A stretch of DNA of 64,000 nucleotides from Dictyostelium discoideum (GCA_000004695.1 CM000154.2:1184001-1248000); one strand, 5' to 3'; numbered from the stretch's first letter, positions 25,765 to 50,030 are shown. The notes: a model not told the origin generated them from the letters alone. A program made the numbers and translations.

Positions 25765-28700
25765 TTAGTCAGTATTATCAGAGGCAGATTGATAAAGTGG
25801 ATTTTCAGCGGCAGATGCAGATTGTTCGTAAAGTGGATTGGCATTAACACCGTCACCAAGGAAAGCGGCTTCACTAAAGAAAGTATCAGTTGGTGGTGCA
25901 GCTTTTCTTAATAATTTCCAAGCAGCAGCAGCAATTAAAGCAGTACCAGCGGCAGCACCAGCAATAGCACCTGTTAAAACAGTCTTATTATTAGTGGTTT
26001 GTGTGGTAGCTTCTGGTGCATTAACTTTAACATCAACATAACCAGTTGCATTTAAATGTGATTGAGCTCTAATGGCTGATGGTGCATTGTAACCTAAATC
26101 ATCAACAAAGAGTTTAAGACGATAGTCACCAGCAGTTGATGCGATAACAGAAATTGAAACAATTGAACTGTTGAGTGGTTTCTTTGGTCCAATACATGTG
26201 ATTGAAGCTAAAGTTTGATGATATTCACACATTGGTGATTGAGTGAATGAAAGTTTAATATCTTTGAGTGATGCAACTTTGTCATCTTTTTGACCAACTA
26301 TTGAAACAACAATTGAAACATTGTTAGTTGTAGAATCTGGATCATCAAATTGTACACCCATTACAGAGGCAGTTAAATTGGTTTGAGTTGTGTAGTTTTT
26401 GTTACCAATGATTACAAATGGTGCAATATTGACAGTATTAACATTGATTAACACTCCGACGATTGGTGAATTAAGACCGCCATTGTCAGTCATAATAAAT
26501 GTAATACGTGCATAACTTTCACCAGAGGTTTTTTTTGATGGTACAAATACGACATAGTAAAAACCATCAGCATTTTGTTCAACATTTGAAGAGTTACGAG
26601 TGATTGGCGCACCTGATGAATTTGAAGCAGTTGGATTATAAGCGTAAAGCGAACCTCGAAGTGGGAAATTTGGAATCATTGAAATTAATGGAGTAACTTG
26701 ATCAACATCAATATCATTACCAGAATATTTAATTAGGACAGTGGTATTAATATTCATATTAATTAATGAAGTATTTTCAAATAAGACTTCACTTGAAACG
26801 CCATCTAAAATCTTGTAACTAACTAATTCGATTGTTGGTGGTTGGTTGACATGAATAACATTAACAGTGACTGTATAAAGTTCAGAGTAAAGATCACCAT
26901 CAAAGAGTTTGAAGTAAATGAAATCAAAATCATTACCATATTTATTACGTGGTGGCATGTATGCATAGTTGTATGAAGTTGAACCAGATTGTTGATTTGG
27001 ATATGATGTAATTTCTGAATCCATAGTACCTTCGCTACCCATATTGTGAGCGATACTTAAAGTACCATTGTTAGTGAATCCAATAACTTGGATATTAACT
27101 TCAGAACCACCACCACCAATTCTACTAGTGATAGTTAATGGATAACGAGTGTTTTGTAAAACATCAATTACTCTTGCACCAGTATAAACTGGTGGATTTC
27201 TTGGTCTAACACTAAAGTAAACGATATCAGAATCTGATGTAAGACCTTGTTGATCAATGACAGTGTATGAAATTGAATCGAGTGGACTTTGTTGATCAAT
27301 GGTATTCCAATTTGAAAGACCTGCATTTGGTTTGTATGAAAGTGCATTAAGGTTGTATGTTTCAGAAGCAATATTTGTTGTAGTAAGAGCAACACCAGTA
27401 GCGTTAATTAAAAGTTGACCATTGATTGGTAATGAAAGGATTTTAACTTTAATATCATCTTTTGGTGTTTCAATATCAGAACCATTAAAAGTGAATACTT
27501 TGACTGTATCTTGATCAAGTTGAACAGTGCCACCTTGAGTAGTTGGTGGAGTATTAATATAAGTATATTGAACATTAGCAGTTACTACACCAGTTGATAA
27601 TGTACCAAATGGAATAGTCTTTGTAGTAACATCAGTACATTTGACAGCGAATGAACTTGAAACACTTGTGAATGGAGTTGGAGTAATTTTTGATGGATCT
27701 AATAACTTGAAACTGTATGAAGTACCAGAGAGAACAGTTGGAACTGATTCAATTAAATTACCATCTGAATCATACATACCAATTTGACTTGGAATGGAAA
27801 CAACTGAACAAATAACACTATCACCATCTGGATCACTGGTGACCAAGTCTTGAGTTTCACCATCACCACTTTGAGATGTGAAAGAATATGAACTGACAAC
27901 AACACTTGGCTTGTGATTAATTGGGTTAACAGTGACGGTGGTACTTTCAATTGATGACCCAGCTTTGAAAGTGTCAACAACTTGATATGAATAACTATCA
28001 GTACCCTTGAAACCAGGATTTGGTCTATAGTAATGAGTGAATGGAGCTTTTCCTTGAGTGGCAGCAATGCTACCATTTTGAAGAGTAACTAAAATACCAT
28101 TGGATGGTGGAGTGGTAATTATAGCAATTAAATTATTAACATTTGGTGGATTGTAATCATCGATATCAGCATCGGTACCAGTTACAACATGTGCATCAGA
28201 ATCTAAATAATCTTGATAAACACTGTAACCTTGAATTTTAGTTACAACTGGTGCAACATTAGTACGATTACCAACAATATTAACGACTACATTGACAGAA
28301 TCTGATTCTAAACCTTGGTTATCAGTTGATGTGAATGAAATGGATGCATAATTTGAAATTGCGGAAGGTTCTCCATTGGTGAAACAAATAAGTTTGTTGG
28401 CTACTTTGTTGGTATAAGAAATTGATGTGTAGGTTGTAGTTGTAGAAATAGAGGTATATATGTTGGTTTGAGTAGAATTACATGTACAATCATTGGTTGA
28501 ACAAGTGTAGAAATCACCCTTTGCGCCCTTGTTAACGGATTTAATGGTGAATTTTGCAGATGTTGAATCTGAATCAGTTGATACCAAAGTTAATGAAACA
28601 GAACCTCTTGGAATTACTGAAATTGGTGATGTTGATGATGAAACTGGTTTAATATTTGTATGAACAAGTTTAACAGTTAATGTACAAGTACTTGTAGAGA

Positions 28701-31502
28701 TTGCACCAACACTATCGACAGCTTGGAATGATACTGGAACATCAATAGCATTGGTTGGATTAACGGTTTGGGTAAATGTGATTTCAGAACTAGTTGGAAT
28801 TTTAGATGTTGAAGTAACAGCAACACCACCAAAAGTTAATGTACCATATGCAGTTAAATCGGTTGGACTAGTGAATTGAATGAATGGTGTGGCATCTTCA
28901 AAATCGGAAGCACTCAATACAAATTTGTTAGCAACATTCAAAGTTGGTGAAATTGTTTTTTGTTGACAAGTTGGTAATTGATTGACTTTGTTGATGGTGA
29001 TTGAAACGGTTGCAGATGTAGTACTATTAAGACAACCATCATTGGCAACGAAACTAACACTGATTGGTAATAAATAGTTAATGGCTGGAGTGAAGGTGAA
29101 AGTCTCGGTTGAATCGTAATATTTACTTTTTTGGGTTGAAACATCTTTATTATTACTATCGGTAATAACACCAACGTCACTTGTTAAGAAGGTAGTGAAA
29201 GCAAAGGTTAAAATATTGAAATCTGGATCAGTACCTGTTAATTTAAAGGTAGCAAATGAATTTTGATTTACAGAGAATGCAGTTCCGGTTGGAGTTGGTG
29301 GACGATTGTAATTGATTGAAAAATCAGTTTGGCCAAAACCAATTGCTGAAACTGATGCAACTGGTGATACGATTGAGGTTGCTGATGGTTTGGTTAAAAC
29401 AAGACCACTAACGGTTTTAACGGTATCAGCGGTGGAAGATACAGCGACATCTGATGGTGTGGATTTAACGAATGAAGCGCCATTGGTTGTATTATCGGTT
29501 TTATAAACAACATTTGATAAAACACTCTTTAAACCAGCTACAGCTTTAGCAGAGATATCGATGGATGTAGCAGCAGAGACAGTGCTATAACCAAAATCAG
29601 CGGTTGAAATTGCTGAATTCCAATTTGGAATTGATGAGGCACCAAAACCAACAACAACTGGCGCAATTGAATTTGAAATGTAAGTATTGACGAAATTAGT
29701 TATAGCAGCAGAGTTTGAAGAATGATCTTTATCGGTAAGTACAACAATTGCTTTAAAGGAGCCAGAGTTCCAACCATTTGAGTTTGATGCAGCATTTGTT
29801 GCACCCAAAAGTGAATTACCACTTGAGGTTGAAGTATAAGATGAGACAGCATAACCATTGATAGTATTAACGATATTGCTACCAATGATTGAACCTGGAG
29901 CAAAATTGAAACCAGATGAAGAGGCATCACTGAAATAACCAATACCAAATTGAGTTGTTTCGCAAATACTCTTTGAAACCTCAGTGACAAATGTTGAAAT
30001 ACTTGATTGAACAACACCAAAGAGAGTTGATGAGGCGACATTGACATCGACTAAAACGAAAACGTCAATTTTTGTTAATTTTTGTGGAATGTTTAATGAT
30101 GTAGTTAAAGCGAAATCACTTTCGATATATAGTTGAACTTTGGTTGGATTGACAAAGAATGATGGAACAGAGGTGGAGAGGAGAATAGAATTTTTCAAAT
30201 CTTTACAACTTTGAGATAATGGAACATCACATTTATCACCACTGTAACCATTGATACACATACATTTACCATCACCTAAAATACCTTCATTTGGAATACC
30301 TTTATCGCATGGTGGGGTTGGATCACAATTTTGACCATAATAACCGGTACTACAATCGAAACAATTTGAAGTTGGATCCCATTTATCACCATCACATTTA
30401 CATTTACCAGTTGAAGGATCTTTATGACCATTACCACATTCTGGTTTAGCAATGAAAATTGTAAATGAACGAGATGATGATGTTAAACCATTTGAATCAT
30501 AACAAAAGATTGAAGTTACATAAACACCAACATTTGCAGCGACTGGAGTCCATGAAAGAATATTTTTAACTGTACCTTGACTTGAAGTTCCTTCTGCAAT
30601 GGCTGCACCAGCTGGTACATTAGCAGCTTGGATACCGACAGTTCTAGTTGTATAATCTGATTTACATGAGAGTGTGATACTATTTGGTTGACCAACAGTG
30701 AATGGAATTAATTGATTATCTTGTGGGGTTGGTGAAACAAAGTATGGTGGATAATTAGTTGTTGAACAAGTATTGCTAGTTGTTGAACCAGCGTTGGCAC
30801 AATTTTTACATTCTGAATTACCATTACATGTTGCACCACCATTGGAACAACTTGGATCACATTTACCTGGTTCAGTAATTGATTCTAAAATGAAATCGAC
30901 TACGGCATATGCTGGTGGAACGGCATCATCTGTGATATAAATTTGAGTAGAATAAAGACCAACTGAAGTTGGTAAGAAAAAAACATGACCAGTACTATTG
31001 ATTTTCATTCCAGATGGTTGGGTCATTGGATAAACGGTTGAGAAAGAGAATGAAAGTTTATCATCAACATTTGGGTCACTTGCAATAACACGGAAGTTAT
31101 TATTTTTGTTGGCAATAACTTGGACAATTGGTAACATACCTGATACTGGTGAATGATTTACTGATGGCCAATTTTTGTTATCAAGATAAACACTACTAGT
31201 AATGTTCCAATCAGCATCTTTATTATTGAGAAGTGTACTAATTCTACAACATGATGTAAACATGGCAAGATATTGTTTTGAGTTGTTTGGAGTTAAGGCA
31301 GTATAGGTTTTAGTAAAGATAAATTGACCAAAGAACCAATCATTCTTGGTATCAAAACTGGTCACAGATGCCCTAACTGATGTAGATGAACCATCACCAA
31401 AAGTTAAAGTACCAAGAGTAATTTTTTCTCCAATTACAATTGATGATGAGCTTGTTTTATAAAATGTAGTTCTAAATGCGAAATTTGTTGTAAATTTAAT
31501 AA

Positions 31503-31551
<49 letters not shown>

Positions 31552-31999
31552 AAAAAGAAAAAATTAGTAATTGAATAAAATAAATAAATAATAAGTTACT
31601 TACGTTATGTGCTGTTGTGGGACTCCATGAGATACTACCAAATCTGAAATGGGTGGCTAAAATAAAAAATTAAAAAAAAAAAAAAAATTGAAAAATAAAT
31701 AAAAAAAATGAAAATCGAAAAAAGGTCAGAAAAGTTTTAAAAAGTAATCGATTTTTAGTATTATTATTTTTATATTATTATTATTATTTATTAATATTTA
31801 TTATTATTATTTATTTATTATTTATGTATCTATCCATTTATTTTATTTATTTATTTTAATTTTATTATTTTATTATTATTATTATTTTTATTGTTATTTT
31901 AGTTTTTAATTTTTATTTTAATTTTTAATTTTAGATCTTACCTTCAGTGACACAAAATATTGCAAGTAATACAAATAAAAATTTGAATAAATTATTCAT
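25765..31999 (-). CDS. Sib-family adhesion receptor, paralog 3 (A/C-like), ~1903 aa. Three exons: 31999..31942 (signal peptide), 31655..31603, 31503..25765.
   Basis: Signal peptide MNNLFKFLFVLLAIFCVTE (GTAAGA donor). Mini-exon ATHFRFGSISWSPTTAHN. A 99-nt phase-0 intron (31602..31504) contains a 43-nt homopolymer. The tail ...NPLYEQSASAAENPLYQSASDNTD is about 93% identical at nucleotide level to paralog 1's tail. TM helix LTGAIAGAAAGTALIAAAAW. Confidence 0.9.
31506..31548. repeat. Poly(T) run of 43 nt (poly-A on the coding strand) inside the paralog-3 intron
   Basis: Read directly from the sequence. Confidence 0.95.
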
Positions 32000-32029
32000 T
32001 TTATTACTTTAAATAGAAATCGATTTTTC

Positions 32030-32078
<49 letters not shown>

Positions 32079-32266
32079 ATAGACAGGAAAATTAATTTTT
32101 TAAATTTTTTATTTCTTAAAAAAAAAAAAATAAAATAAAAAAATAAAATGAATTTACAAAGAATTAATCTTTGTGTGTAAAAATACAATGGAAAATGAAA
32201 ATGATTAAAAATAATTTTTTTTTTTTTTTTTGATTTAGTAACTATTGTTTAAATTTTTTATAAAAA

Positions 32267-32298
<32 letters not shown>

Positions 32299-32627
32299 TT
32301 TAAAGATATTTTTGAAGAAAAAAAAAACTTAAAAATAAAAAAAAAAATTGTCTCATGTGAAATCGTTAATCAAATCGACGATTATGTTTTTAATCATTTG
32401 ATTTCTTTTTTTTTGAGGCCCAAAAAAAAAAAAATTTTTAATAAAAAATTGGAGGTTTTTTTTTTTTGCCGTTAGATTTTTTTTTATATTTTTTTTATTT
32501 TTTTTTTATTTTTTATTTTTTTTTAGCTTTTGTAAACAGTGTTAAATTTCCAATAAAAAGTAAAATTTTAAAAAAAAAACCCAAATTAAATAAAAAAATT
32601 ACCCAATATCCTTTTGCGTGAATAATT

Positions 32628-32659
<32 letters not shown>

Positions 32660-33315
32660 CATTTATTTATTATTTTTTAAAAATAGAGTTTGCAAATGAA
32701 CATCAAAATATTTTATTAATTTGGCACCTCTGTTAGATGCAAATATTAAAATATTAATATAAAATTACACTTGTTGAGAAAATAAAATGACTGAAAAAAA
32801 TTGTTAATTGTTTTATTTTTTTGATTATTGCTTTTTATTAGTTTTATTTTTTTTTTTTTCTTTATTTTTTTTTATTTTTCTTTTCTTTTTTTTTTTTTTA
32901 TTTTTAAAAATTTAGAATTTCAGATCACACAAAAAAAAAAAAATTTTAAAAAAAAAAAATTTAACGTGCCCCAATCAAATAAAATTTTTCCGATTTCTTT
33001 TTTATTTTTTTCTTTTTTTATTTTTTTTTTTTTAAAGAATATTATTATTTCTTTTTCTTTTTTTTTAAAAATAAATAAAAAGGGGGAGTTTTTTTATTTA
33101 GGAATTAAAAAAAAAATATAATTAAATTTTTGGTTTACCATAATTTTTTTTTTTCCCAAATTTAACAAAAAATAGAAAATTTTTTTAAAAGTCCAATTAA
33201 AAAAAAAAAAAAAAAATTGAAAAAAAAAAAAAAAAAAAAAATTGAAAAAAAAAAATTTGTTTAAAAAAAAAAAAAAAAAAAAAAAAATGATACACACCCA
33301 TGAAATGTTCTATCA

Positions 33316-33417
33316 ATGGAACCTTTCAGCTATGAAATAGAAGGATTCAAAAAATCGGATAAAGATTTACCCTTAGAAATTAGTTGCAATGAAGAAGAAA
33401 ATGAATATAAAATGAAA

Positions 33418-33481
<64 letters not shown>

Positions 33482-33758
33482 GTAATAGTAATAATAGTAG
33501 TAATATTAATAATAGCAACTTTAATAAAATTTTCTTAATGAAATGGGTGATTGTTGTAAATATAATATCTCCATTCACAATATTTTATCTTTATCTCCTA
33601 TATTTTGATTCAATAAATAGTGAAGCAATTAAATCTGAAATGGAGTTTAATTTAATCATTCATATTTATAGATCAATGTGGTCACTGGTATTATTATTAT
33701 TTTTATCATCGTATGTATTATTTAATATAATAATATCATAAATTGGTTTATTTACTGA

Positions 33759-33804
<46 letters not shown>

Positions 33805-34210
33805 TAAAATTTATATATATGGGATAAATTTAATATAAAATACTTTTCAATTTTTAAATTTAAAGATTTTTTAAAAAATCCACCCCTTCCAAATCCAAAT
33901 CCAAATATAAATATAAATATAAATGCGATATCAACAGATGAAGGACCAATTATATTTAATATTTTATTTAAAAAATCAATTGCTTTACTTTTTATTTTAT
34001 CAGTATCAGTTTTAGCTTCAATTTTAAATCAAAGTTACAATAATAAAATAATTTCAATATTTATATGGACTTGCTTTTTTATTACACTATTTTATAATAG
34101 ATTTATTAGATTATTAGTTACTGAAAATATTATTTTAATTTTAAAAGCACCATTTAAATCAATTACATTTTTATCGTATGTATTATCAACTCTAATTTTT
34201 AAAGAAAATC

Positions 34211-34302
<92 letters not shown>

Positions 34303-35101
34303 TTAATAATAATAATAATAATATTTATTTATTTAGGTTTTGGATTGCAGATCAAATTACAAGTTTATCAATATTTTTAAAAGATTTCAATATGTCATTA
34401 TGTTTTTTAATATCATTTTTTAACATTGAATATTGCAGTAAACAATTTGAATGGTTGTCAATAATAATACCAATATTACCATTTTCATTCCGAATTAATC
34501 AATGTCTTCGAGTTTATTATGATAATAATGAAAACAAATCACAATTATTCAATGCATTAAAATATTTTATGGGTTTGGTTGTTTTATTCTTTTCAAATCT
34601 TTATCATAATAAGGATAATGGCGAAGTTTATAAAATTTATTGGATTTCATTTGCAATGATTAGTACAATTTTTTCAACCTATTGGGATATTGTAAAAGAT
34701 TGGGGTTTATTTTCAAAAAGTTCAAAAAATTATTTATTAAGAGATCAATTATTATTTATTTATAAACCTGTAAATATTTTATTATTATTAATATTATTAA
34801 AAATATTTTTTAAAAATTAATATGCATATTAATATTTTAAACATCTTTTTTTTTTTTTTTTTTTATAAAAAAGTTTTATTATCACTCAATAATTTCAAAT
34901 ATAATTATGAGATTTACATGGGTTATATTAATAAATCCATCATATTTTGGGTTTAAATCAAGTAATGAAATTTTAATTGGTATATTTTTAGTGTCAATTG
35001 ATATTGTTAGGCGTTGTCAATGGAATTTTTTAAGGTTAGAATATGAAGTAATTCAATCAAGTTTTAAAAATTTTAAACAAATAAATATTGAAGAAATATA
35101 A
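33316..35101 (+). CDS. EXS-domain (Erd1/Xpr1/Syg1 family) multi-pass membrane protein. Confident exons: 33316..33710, 34337..34769, 34874..35101. A further exon-like segment ends at 34175 (about 33874..34175) whose inclusion is unresolved.
   Basis: C-terminal EXS signatures STYWDIVKDWGLF and RRCQWNFLRLEYEV (compare the family consensus WD..MDWGL and RR..WN.FRLENEH). Junctions: GTAAAT donor at 34770 to AG at 34872-73, phase 0. GTATGT donor at 34176 to TATTTATTTATTTAG acceptor at 34336, phase 2, through an (ATA)n-rich intron. Exon 1 ends with an identical phase-2 TC|GTATGTATTA donor at 33711. Confidence 0.65.
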
Positions 35102-35205
35102 CCAATTTTTTTTTCTTTTTTTTTTTTTTTTTTTTCTAAACTATTTAATACATATTTATTTTATATTTATTTATTTATTTTTTAATCTATAAATAGAATT
35201 GTTGG

Positions 35206-45553
<10,348 letters not shown>

Positions 45554-45959
45554 TATTTATTTTTATTATTATTATTATTATTATTACTGTTGTTATTACT
45601 ATTATTATTGTTATTATTTATGATTAAAAATTAATTTGTTAAAAATTTAGAAAAAAAAAAAAATATATATTTTTTTTTTTTTTTATTTTATTATTTATTG
45701 TTTTTAATATTTTTTTTTTTTTTTTTATAGTGAGGTGTGTGCGAATTTTAAATACCACCAAAATGATGGTGTGATTATTATTCTAAAATGAGTGGTTTTT
45801 TTCAACTGTCAAAAATAATAAAAAAATAAAAAAAAAAATTTAAAAATAAAATAAAAATGATTGGTTATTTTGAGTGTGTATGTATGTATGTGTGAGTAAG
45901 TGAGTGTGGTTTGAAAGAAAATAAAAATGAAAAGGGTGGCGAAATCCAAAAAAATCTCC

Positions 45960-45992
<33 letters not shown>

Positions 45993-46198
45993 TTAAAGTA
46001 CTATTTTTATTATTAATTATAAAATACACATTGAGTTGATACCTTTAATGTGGTAAAAAAAAAAAAATAATAATAAAGTGTTGAAACAAACAAAACAAAA
46101 AAAAAATAATTAAAAATACAATTTAGGCGCACTTTTTTTTTTTTTGAACGATGAAAAAAAAAATAAAAAAAAAATAAAAAAAAAAGAAAAAAAATCAA

Positions 46199-46230
<32 letters not shown>

Positions 46231-46520
46231 AAAATCAAAAAAAAAAAAATTTCAAATTTGAAGTGCTCAACCAATCAGTTTTTTTTTTTTTTTCTATTCA
46301 TTGAATTTTAGTTTTATTATAAAATAAAAAAACAATACCTGCTAAAATATGCAAACCCCAAAAAAAAAAAACTATTTATTTATTAATAAAATATATTATA
46401 TTTATTTTATTATATATATATATTTTTTTTGGTATTTGCATATTTTCTCTTTATCTTTATTGGAAATACAATTTTTTTTTTTTTTTTCTAAACAATTTTT
46501 ATTTTTTATTTTAATTTTAT

Positions 46521-47141
46521 TTATTTTTTATGATGAATAACGATTTGTTCTAAAATATCTTGTAAAGAAACAACACCAATTGGATGATGATCATCATTTA
46601 CAACAAATACTCTATGTGCTTTTTTTTCAGAAACATTTTCAACAACACTTTTAAATGTATCACTTGGTTTACAAAAAATATAATTATTATCCTGAAAAAA
46701 TAAAAAAAATAAAAAAAATAAAAAATAAAAAATTAATATTATTAAAATTTTAAAATAAATAAATAAATAAATAAATAAAATTAAATAAAATAATATTCTA
46801 TATTCTACGTATTAATAAAAACATACAGTGACTTTTTTTAAAGCTTGTAAATATTCAGATACAGGTAAATGTAATAATTGAAGGTATTGGAATTTTGGTT
46901 TAATTAACTTTAAATCACTATCACCAATAGCGCCAATTAATTTACCTTGTGAATCTGTAACACCAACACCACTAACACCCATTTTTGAAATTAATTTGAA
47001 TGCATCCCATGCTTTTTTATCGCTTGAAATTGAAACTACATCACTTGTACCAATTTTCATCTCTTTAATTGTCATTTTACCTAATTTTTCTAATTCTTTA
47101 TCCATTGCAAATAAATGAGATATACATTCAATAATTCTTGA

Positions 47142-47173
<32 letters not shown>

Positions 47174-47660
47174 TATATAATTAATAAAAAAAATAAAAAT
47201 AAAAATAAAAATATTTATGGTGATAAATTTATACGATACATTTGTAATTATATTACAAAGTTCACCTTTTTGATTTAATACGGCAACTCTTCTAATATTA
47301 TTTTTAACCATTAAACCAGCGACATTATCCAACATAGTTTCACTATCGACTACAATGAAAGGATCTCTTTTTGATGAATCACAAATATCAGCCACTATAC
47401 TTTTTTTAAATAATTTTCTATCTTGAAGATCCAATAAAACAGTATTGATATCACCTTCTTGTTCCCAATGTTGAGTTGTTGATGTTGTAACAATCTCTTT
47501 AATTAAATCTAACATTGAAAAGAAACAATAATATTTCTTTTCATTTGGGTTATAAACAGGAGCAGATAAAATATTATTTGAAATTAATTGCTAGCAATAA
47601 ATAATATTTAATAAAATAAAAATAAAAAAATAAAAAATAAAAAAAATTAATAAATATTAA

Positions 47661-47726
<66 letters not shown>

Positions 47727-47854
47727 AAATTTATATACATATACATTACTTTTAATGCAAGATCTATTGTATCTGTCATTGATACTGCTTTTATTACACT
47801 TGAGTCATTTGGAAAAACTGGTGAGGATGCCCTTAATGTTTTTAATAATTCCAT
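46521..47854 (-). CDS. CBS-domain pair protein (~360 aa). Four exons: 47854..47750, 47590..47240, 47141..46827, 46691..46521.
   Basis: CBS-like motifs: ...GELCNIITN|SRIIECISHL, GVSGVGVTDSQGKLIGAIGDSDL and AHRVFVVNDDHHPIGVVSLQDILEQI. Donors GTAATG, GTATCG (weak) and GTATGT; acceptors TGCTAG, AAAAAAG and TTTTTCAG; all phase 0. Intron 1 carries a (TA)n run. The 47240 donor is the least certain junction. Confidence 0.75.
47666..47722. repeat. (TA)n dinucleotide microsatellite, ~28 units, inside CBS-gene intron 1
   Basis: Read directly from the sequence. Confidence 0.95.
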
Positions 47855-48073
47855 TTTTTTATTTTTATTTTCTTTATTTATTTATTTATTTATTTATTTA
47901 TTTTTTTTTTTTTTTTATTTTTTTTTTTTTTATTTTTTTATTTTTTTATTTATTTATTTTTTATTTATTTTTTTATTTATTTATTTGTACTTTGAAAATT
48001 AGTGATAGTTTAAAAAAAAAAAAAAAATAAAGAAGAAAAATTAATTGTAAAAAGGTTTTTTTTTTTTTATTTT

Positions 48074-48115
<42 letters not shown>

Positions 48116-48351
48116 AACCCTATCTTTTATTAGTTTTCAAATAGATTTAAAAAAAAAATAAAATAAAATAAAATTTTAAATTAAAAAAATAAAAAAATAA
48201 TGAAACACTATTTTGGCGTGACAAATTATTGAAATGTTGTTATCATAATTTCACTTTTTTATGGTAAACATTTTTAAAAACAATAATATTATTATATTTA
48301 ACACCACACTCACGCTACACAAATACATAAAATAGTTATAAAAAAAATATA

Positions 48352-48389
<38 letters not shown>

Positions 48390-48443
48390 TAGTGGGTTTT
48401 GTGAACATACAATTTTTATCTCTTTTATTTATTTTATATAAAG

Positions 48444-48478
<35 letters not shown>

Positions 48479-48695
48479 ATACCAAAATTATAAAAAAAAT
48501 AAAAATAAAAATAAAAATAAAAATAAAAATATAAATATAAAAAAAAAAAAAAAAAAAACCTTTTTATTTTTTGAATTAAAGCAGGGGATTATTATGCCCA
48601 TGATTTTTAATTATTCATATCCCTTTTTTTTATTTTTTTTTTAAAAAATTAAAATAAATTTGGGAATTCTCTATTTATTTTATTTTATTTTATTT

Positions 48696-48731
<36 letters not shown>

Positions 48732-48936
48732 TTTAATTATTAATAAATAAAAAATAAAATTAAATTAATAATTAAATATTGTAAGCAAATTTTTGTTCTT
48801 CTAGATGAGAAAAAAAAACGAAACATAACATTGTTTCCTTTTTGGATGTGAGAAATTAAAAATAAAAATAAAATAAAAAAAATAAAAAATAAAATTAAAA
48901 TTTTTTTTTAAAAAAATTTAAAGAAAAAAATTTTTA

Positions 48937-48976
<40 letters not shown>

Positions 48977-49062
48977 TTTTTTTTATTTAATAAAACATAT
49001 ACATATAACACATATTTTAATTACAAATACACACAACTCCTAAATAATAAAATTTTTAAAAA

Positions 49063-49936
49063 ATGAATATAAGTAAATATCTTGATATAAAAATAAATAA
49101 CTAAACATTACTCTCTCAACAAAACAAAATACACACTCACACGCTCGCACCACCATATAAATTTATTTATATTTTATAATATAAAAAACTCAACTGAATA
49201 ATTTCACCACACACCTTCACATATTTAAACTGCATAATAAATTATATTAATAAAAAAAAAAAAAAAAATAACTTACACATATTAACTTTTTTTTTTTTTT
49301 TTTTTTTTTTATATTATTATATTATAGGAGAAAAAAAGAAAACCAGTCATAGATCAACAGTTGCAGTCCATAAAGCACTAAATGAAAAAGATAGAGAATT
49401 TAATTACTTTTTACCATTATTAAAAGAAAAGAAAACAAGTATTGTATCAAATGCAATCAATAATTTAAATTATATTCTTACATATCAATCTGAAAGAGAA
49501 GAACAAGTTAGCAAAGATATTCTCGAAGCTTTATGCCAACTCTTTACAAATGGTGTCTCTGGCAAATTGGATAAACCCGAAGAACTTGGTAAATGTATTG
49601 GTTTAGTATGCTTAAAGACTGGAGAAAATAATGAATTCTACCGTTATATTAAAACCACACTCTCTTCAATTATAACCGATGGTGAAGCTCACATTAAAGA
49701 TAATGAATTAATGGCTGCAATCTATGCGCTATCTCAGTCATGTTTCTATTGTTGTACTGATCGTGACTCTTATAAACATACAATTTCCTTATTCCAAGAT
49801 TTATTATATACACAAAAAAAAAAAAATATTCAAGATAAATTATTATCAGCTTGGTTATTATTATTAACAAGAGTTAATCCTCAAGAAATGACAAATTATA
49901 AAATGTAAATATTTTAAATAATATATTTATTAGTTA

Positions 49937-50030
<94 letters not shown>

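Noticed and set aside
10946-31365. Many 60-140-aa ORFs listed inside the three sib genes on both strands (for example 14815-15234, 15235-15492, 27753-28076, 29700-30047, 21018-21377).
   Set aside because: They lie in alternative frames or antisense to ~5.5-kb continuous coding exons. They are His/Leu/Gln-rich or Val/Ile-rich with no start context. These are the usual by-products of long biased-composition ORFs.
10946-31999. Possibility that the three sib copies are an assembly duplication of one gene.
   Set aside because: The copies differ substantially in protein sequence, intron positions, tail motifs and flanking spacers. Only limited tracts are near-identical.
33874-33935. Treating the NPPLPNPNPNININININ-encoding stretch as confident coding sequence of the EXS gene.
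   Set aside because: It is low-complexity (CCAAAT/ATAAAT repeats), and no in-phase acceptor links it to exon 1. It is kept only as 'unresolved' within the EXS finding.
47755-48030. 91-aa plus-strand ORF (Leu/Phe/Tyr-rich) and other ORFs in the 47.9-49.3 kb AT desert (for example 46013-46198, 46349-46540, 51168-51380).
   Set aside because: They are pure poly-T/poly-A and (TTTA)n translations in spacer DNA, with no codon-usage signal.
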